Shown here: positions 61,622 to 64,000 of the stretch, piece by piece
How the letters are laid out: every line of letters begins with the position of its first letter
Numbering within the stretch: the first letter of the stretch is position 1
Assembly: GCA_964636085.1 (NCBI GenBank)
Contig: CAZWPQ010000002.1
Span: forward strand, 9,481-73,480
DNA: 64,000 nt
From: an uncultured Nitrososphaerota archaeon
Lineage (GTDB): Archaea > Asgardarchaeota > Njordarchaeia > Njordarchaeales > Panguiarchaeaceae
Direction of reading: 5' to 3'
Notes under the pieces: generated by a model
The model's database searches: none
What the model saw: only the letters and a program-made list of their open reading frames with translations
What the model was told of the DNA's origin: nothing
Made by a program: the position numbers and the translations under genes

Positions 61622-63037
61622 ATGTCTAGCCTAATGTGGGACATTCTCGGGAGAGTTAATAAGTGGTGGATTGATCCTAAGAGAATTGTTGAGGACGATC
61701 ACGTAAGTAGATTTATGAAGTCTACCGTTAGGTGGTGCCCAAATGTTTTTGGGGTCGATGACATTGCGGATGGGGTCTATACATTAAGGGGCCCAAGACA
61801 GGTTGGTAAGACGACGATGCTCAAGCTTTTCATCAAACAGTTGCTTGAGTCCGGATTCGACCCACATTCCATTGTATACGTTCCTTGTGATATTCTTGAG
61901 GATTATAGTGAATTACTTAGGCATCTGATTGATATTAGGCGAAGGGTGTCTGGAAGAATATTAATTATTCTTGATGAGGTAACATTCGTTAGGGAGTGGC
62001 AGAGAGCCGTAAAGGTATTTGTAGACCAAGGATTATTGAAGGACACGACGATAATAGCCTGCGGATCTCATGCAGTGGATGTAAAAGAGGGAGCCTCTTA
62101 CCTAGTTGGAAGAAGAGGTCATGCTAGGCATCCAATAGATAGAGAACTCCTAACGATGAAATTTAGGGACTATGTGGCAGTAACAAATCCAGAGCTTGTC
62201 AAGAAAATCAAAACTCTTGATGATGTAGTTTCGATGTCTTCATTGAAAAGAGAGGCCTTTATTGAGGAGATCTTCGAGATTTTCATGAAATACTTAGTGA
62301 CGGGAGGATTTCCAAGGGTTATAGACGAGTATAATAGGAGGGGAATGGTGAGTAGGGAGACATTCAGTGATTTTACGAATTATTTGTCGCGGGACATAGC
62401 AAAGCTTGGTAAATCCGAGAATACTGCGAGGGCGCTCATGGCATCAATAATAAAGCAGAGGTGCAACCCAACATCATGGAATTCGATAGCTAGGGAGATA
62501 GGAATATCCCAACCAGTAGCTCAAGAATATGGGGACTTTCTATCGAGAATGTACATAATCAGGCTAACATACCACCCAAATAGGACATTTACAGGAAGAG
62601 ATGAAAGAAAAGACAAGAAACTAATACTAAGGGATCCGTTCCTATATCATGTAGCCAGTGTTTGGATACGGGGATTCCCAGAAATCAGCATAAACCCACA
62701 GGAGACCCTCATCCAAAACCTAGATGCAGAACAACAACATATTGTCGAAATGATTGTGATAGAGCATATCGCTAGACACTATGTAACATACTACTGGAGG
62801 CGAGAAAAAGAGATAGACGCCATCATTATCAGGAATGGTAACGTCATGGGATTTGAGGTTAAATGGAAAGAAAGAATATCAAGGAGCGAAATCAGAGAAG
62901 CCATAAGAACATACAACAAGATACCGCTAAATCGAAGAAAACTGATAATAGTGACAAAAAATACTTTTGATGATAGAGGAAATGTAATGCTAGTCCCAGC
63001 ACCACTTCTCTTGATTATAGAGGATCTCTTCTCCTGA
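61622..63037 (+). CDS. AAA+ ATPase of the COG1373 type (AAA_14 plus a DUF4143-like nuclease-fold C-domain)
   Basis: Walker A is GPRQVGKTT and Walker B is IILDEV. The C-terminal EKEIDAIIIRNGNVMGFEVKWKE fits a (D/E)...ExK restriction-endonuclease-like motif. Confidence 0.9.
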   Translation: MSSLMWDILGRVNKWWIDPKRIVEDDHVSRFMKSTVRWCPNVFGVDDIADGVYTLRGPRQVGKTTMLKLFIKQLLESGFDPHSIVYVPCDILEDYSELLRHLIDIRRRVSGRILIILDEVTFVREWQRAVKVFVDQGLLKDTTIIACGSHAVDVKEGASYLVGRRGHARHPIDRELLTMKFRDYVAVTNPELVKKIKTLDDVVSMSSLKREAFIEEIFEIFMKYLVTGGFPRVIDEYNRRGMVSRETFSDFTNYLSRDIAKLGKSENTARALMASIIKQRCNPTSWNSIAREIGISQPVAQEYGDFLSRMYIIRLTYHPNRTFTGRDERKDKKLILRDPFLYHVASVWIRGFPEISINPQETLIQNLDAEQQHIVEMIVIEHIARHYVTYYWRREKEIDAIIIRNGNVMGFEVKWKERISRSEIREAIRTYNKIPLNRRKLIIVTKNTFDDRGNVMLVPAPLLLIIEDLFS

Positions 63038-63316
63038 TCCACTGCTAAATACGAATCTATGGCCTACATTCGAACTCGCTTGGGGAAAACTGGCGCCCAA
63101 TGTAAATAATCTCCGCCCATATAGTTGACATCAACTTAAAAATAAATGCAGATACAACACAAAGACAAAAGGAATTCTATCTTGGTGTATTGTTCAGGAT
63201 TGTAGCTTTGTCTTTATAGGTTATCTTAATATTTCAAAAGTTTGTTACTTTTCGTGCTGATGGGATTTTATCTTTACTTCTCTGGCAGTCTAAATCATCA
63301 AATTCATTCCCTTAAT

Positions 63317-63425
63317 TTTGTTTTTTCTTGTGCTCCTAGATGAGTGGTTTTTATGCTTTCTATCAACCCATTGTAGCTATTTAGATGCTATCAAAATGTC
63401 CTATATATACCGTATTGCACCCTAT
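63317..63425 (+). repeat. Noncoding conserved element, copy B, with a degenerate partial copy at about 63237-63288
   Basis: TTTGTTTTTTCTTGTGCTCCTAGATGAGTGGTTTTTATGCTTTCTATCAACCCATTGT...ATACCGTATTGCACCCTAT aligns with 56881-56989. Upstream, TTTGTTACTTTTCGTGCTGATGGGATTTTATCTTTACTTCTCTGG resembles the first half again. Confidence 0.6.
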
Positions 63426-63605
63426 GAAAAATAAAGAGTCTACACAACACTCCCCATCTTGAGCGCGCTTTAAAGATTTTCTAAATTAATACAATAATAT
63501 ATAAATACTATAACAGATAACTATATCTATATAATATATACAATATTTGCAATAAATTTTTTAAAATGAATACAAATATGTATTATCAAATACAAATTTA
63601 TTACG

Positions 63606-64000
63606 GTGGTATATTTGCGAAAAGTATTTAGGCAAATACCTTTAAAGCACTCCGCCCCAGTCCTCGCAACCATAGCTCTCCTTCTAATAACACCACAAAT
63701 ACTACAAAACACACCACCAACAGCAAAGGCAAACGTAACACCACAAATAGCAGACATAGGACAAGTAATAATATTCGACGCCAGAGAATCTCACGGAATG
63801 ATAGTAGATTATGAATGGATATTCCACGATGGGACTATAAAACATGGAGCAGTGGTACAGCACGCATTTCAGAAACCAGGAATATATTACGTAACGCTAA
63901 TAGTAACAGCAGACAACGGACTAACAGACCTAACGACAGTAAAAGTAGTGGTGAGAAATGATCCACCAAAGGCAAAGATCACCGCAAACACAATAGCATA
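63606..64000 (+). CDS. Secreted PKD-domain protein, N-terminal part (3' end lies outside the window)
   Basis: It is not in the ORF track because there is no stop inside the window. The frame is open from 63570, with a GTG at 63606 or a TTG at 63615 after GGTGGT. The signal-like sequence is SAPVLATIALLLITPQIL. The PKD pattern is IIFDARESHGMIVDYEWIFHDGTIKHGAVVQHAFQKPGIYYVTLIVTADNGLTDLTTVKVVV. Confidence 0.8.
   Translation, partial: MVYLRKVFRQIPLKHSAPVLATIALLLITPQILQNTPPTAKANVTPQIADIGQVIIFDARESHGMIVDYEWIFHDGTIKHGAVVQHAFQKPGIYYVTLIVTADNGLTDLTTVKVVVRNDPPKAKITANTIA

Noticed and set aside
56881-63425. The two copies of the conserved element considered as att-like direct repeats of a recently integrated element
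   Set aside because: The copies are only about three quarters identical, and no integrase or transposase lies between them. The idea is kept only as a low-probability alternative in the corresponding finding.
63527-63757. A 76-aa minus-strand ORF at the 3' end of the window
   Set aside because: It lies antisense to the much better supported plus-strand PKD-domain ORF (signal peptide plus PKD consensus), which runs off the window and was therefore missing from the ORF track.

Overview
The window is AT-rich, gene-dense prokaryotic DNA, almost certainly archaeal. Supporting signs are AGA/AGG Arg and ATA Ile codon preference, GGTGA/GGAGG-type ribosome-binding sites, TATA-like boxes about 25 nt upstream of several starts, oligo-T tracts after stops, and a gene set typical of hyperthermophilic Thermoproteota/Crenarchaeota (COG1373-type ATPases, TrmO, an archaeal FTR-like protein). 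I cannot assign a species without a database search, and I did not compute GC content. Roughly half of the coding capacity encodes very large secreted or membrane-anchored proteins. These are a partial propeller protein at the 5' edge, a 2464-aa S8 subtilase with duplicated modules and 8 Ig-like repeats, and a same-strand island at 36.8-56.9 kb. The island encodes a 1392-aa beta-helix-like protein, a 440-aa polytopic membrane protein, a 2025-aa protein with bacterial-type thrombospondin type-3 repeats, and a 2568-aa FG-GAP/BNR propeller protein. The last two genes overlap and look translationally coupled. A PKD-domain protein begins at the 3' edge. Housekeeping and accessory genes lie between these: a MacB-like ABC transporter, an HhH-GPD/Fe-S glycosylase-like gene, a sulfur-mobilisation cluster (sufS plus iscU-tusA-iscS), a vapBC toxin-antitoxin pair, and a HAD hydrolase. 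There is also a tRNA-related neighbourhood (tRNA-binding-domain protein, SplB-like radical SAM, TrmO fusion, FTR-like protein), two COG1373 AAA ATPases, two leucine-rich-repeat proteins and a pentapeptide-repeat protein. I saw no rRNA or tRNA genes, no CRISPR array and no intact transposase or integrase. The most notable observations are listed here. (1) The giant surface-protein island is a candidate undescribed envelope or adhesion system. (2) A textbook A AAA AAG -1 frameshift site splits an otherwise continuous ORF. (3) An AIG2/GGCT-like domain is fused to an N-formylglutamate-amidohydrolase-like domain, next to a divergent wHTH regulator that has no canonical start codon. (4) A conserved noncoding element of about 109 nt is present in two copies plus a partial third. 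(5) Perfect palindromes overlap the promoters of the ATPase genes. (6) A perfect 21/42-bp tandem repeat lies inside a coiled-coil gene embedded in the Fe-S cluster. (7) A decayed multi-frame region lies next to vapBC.
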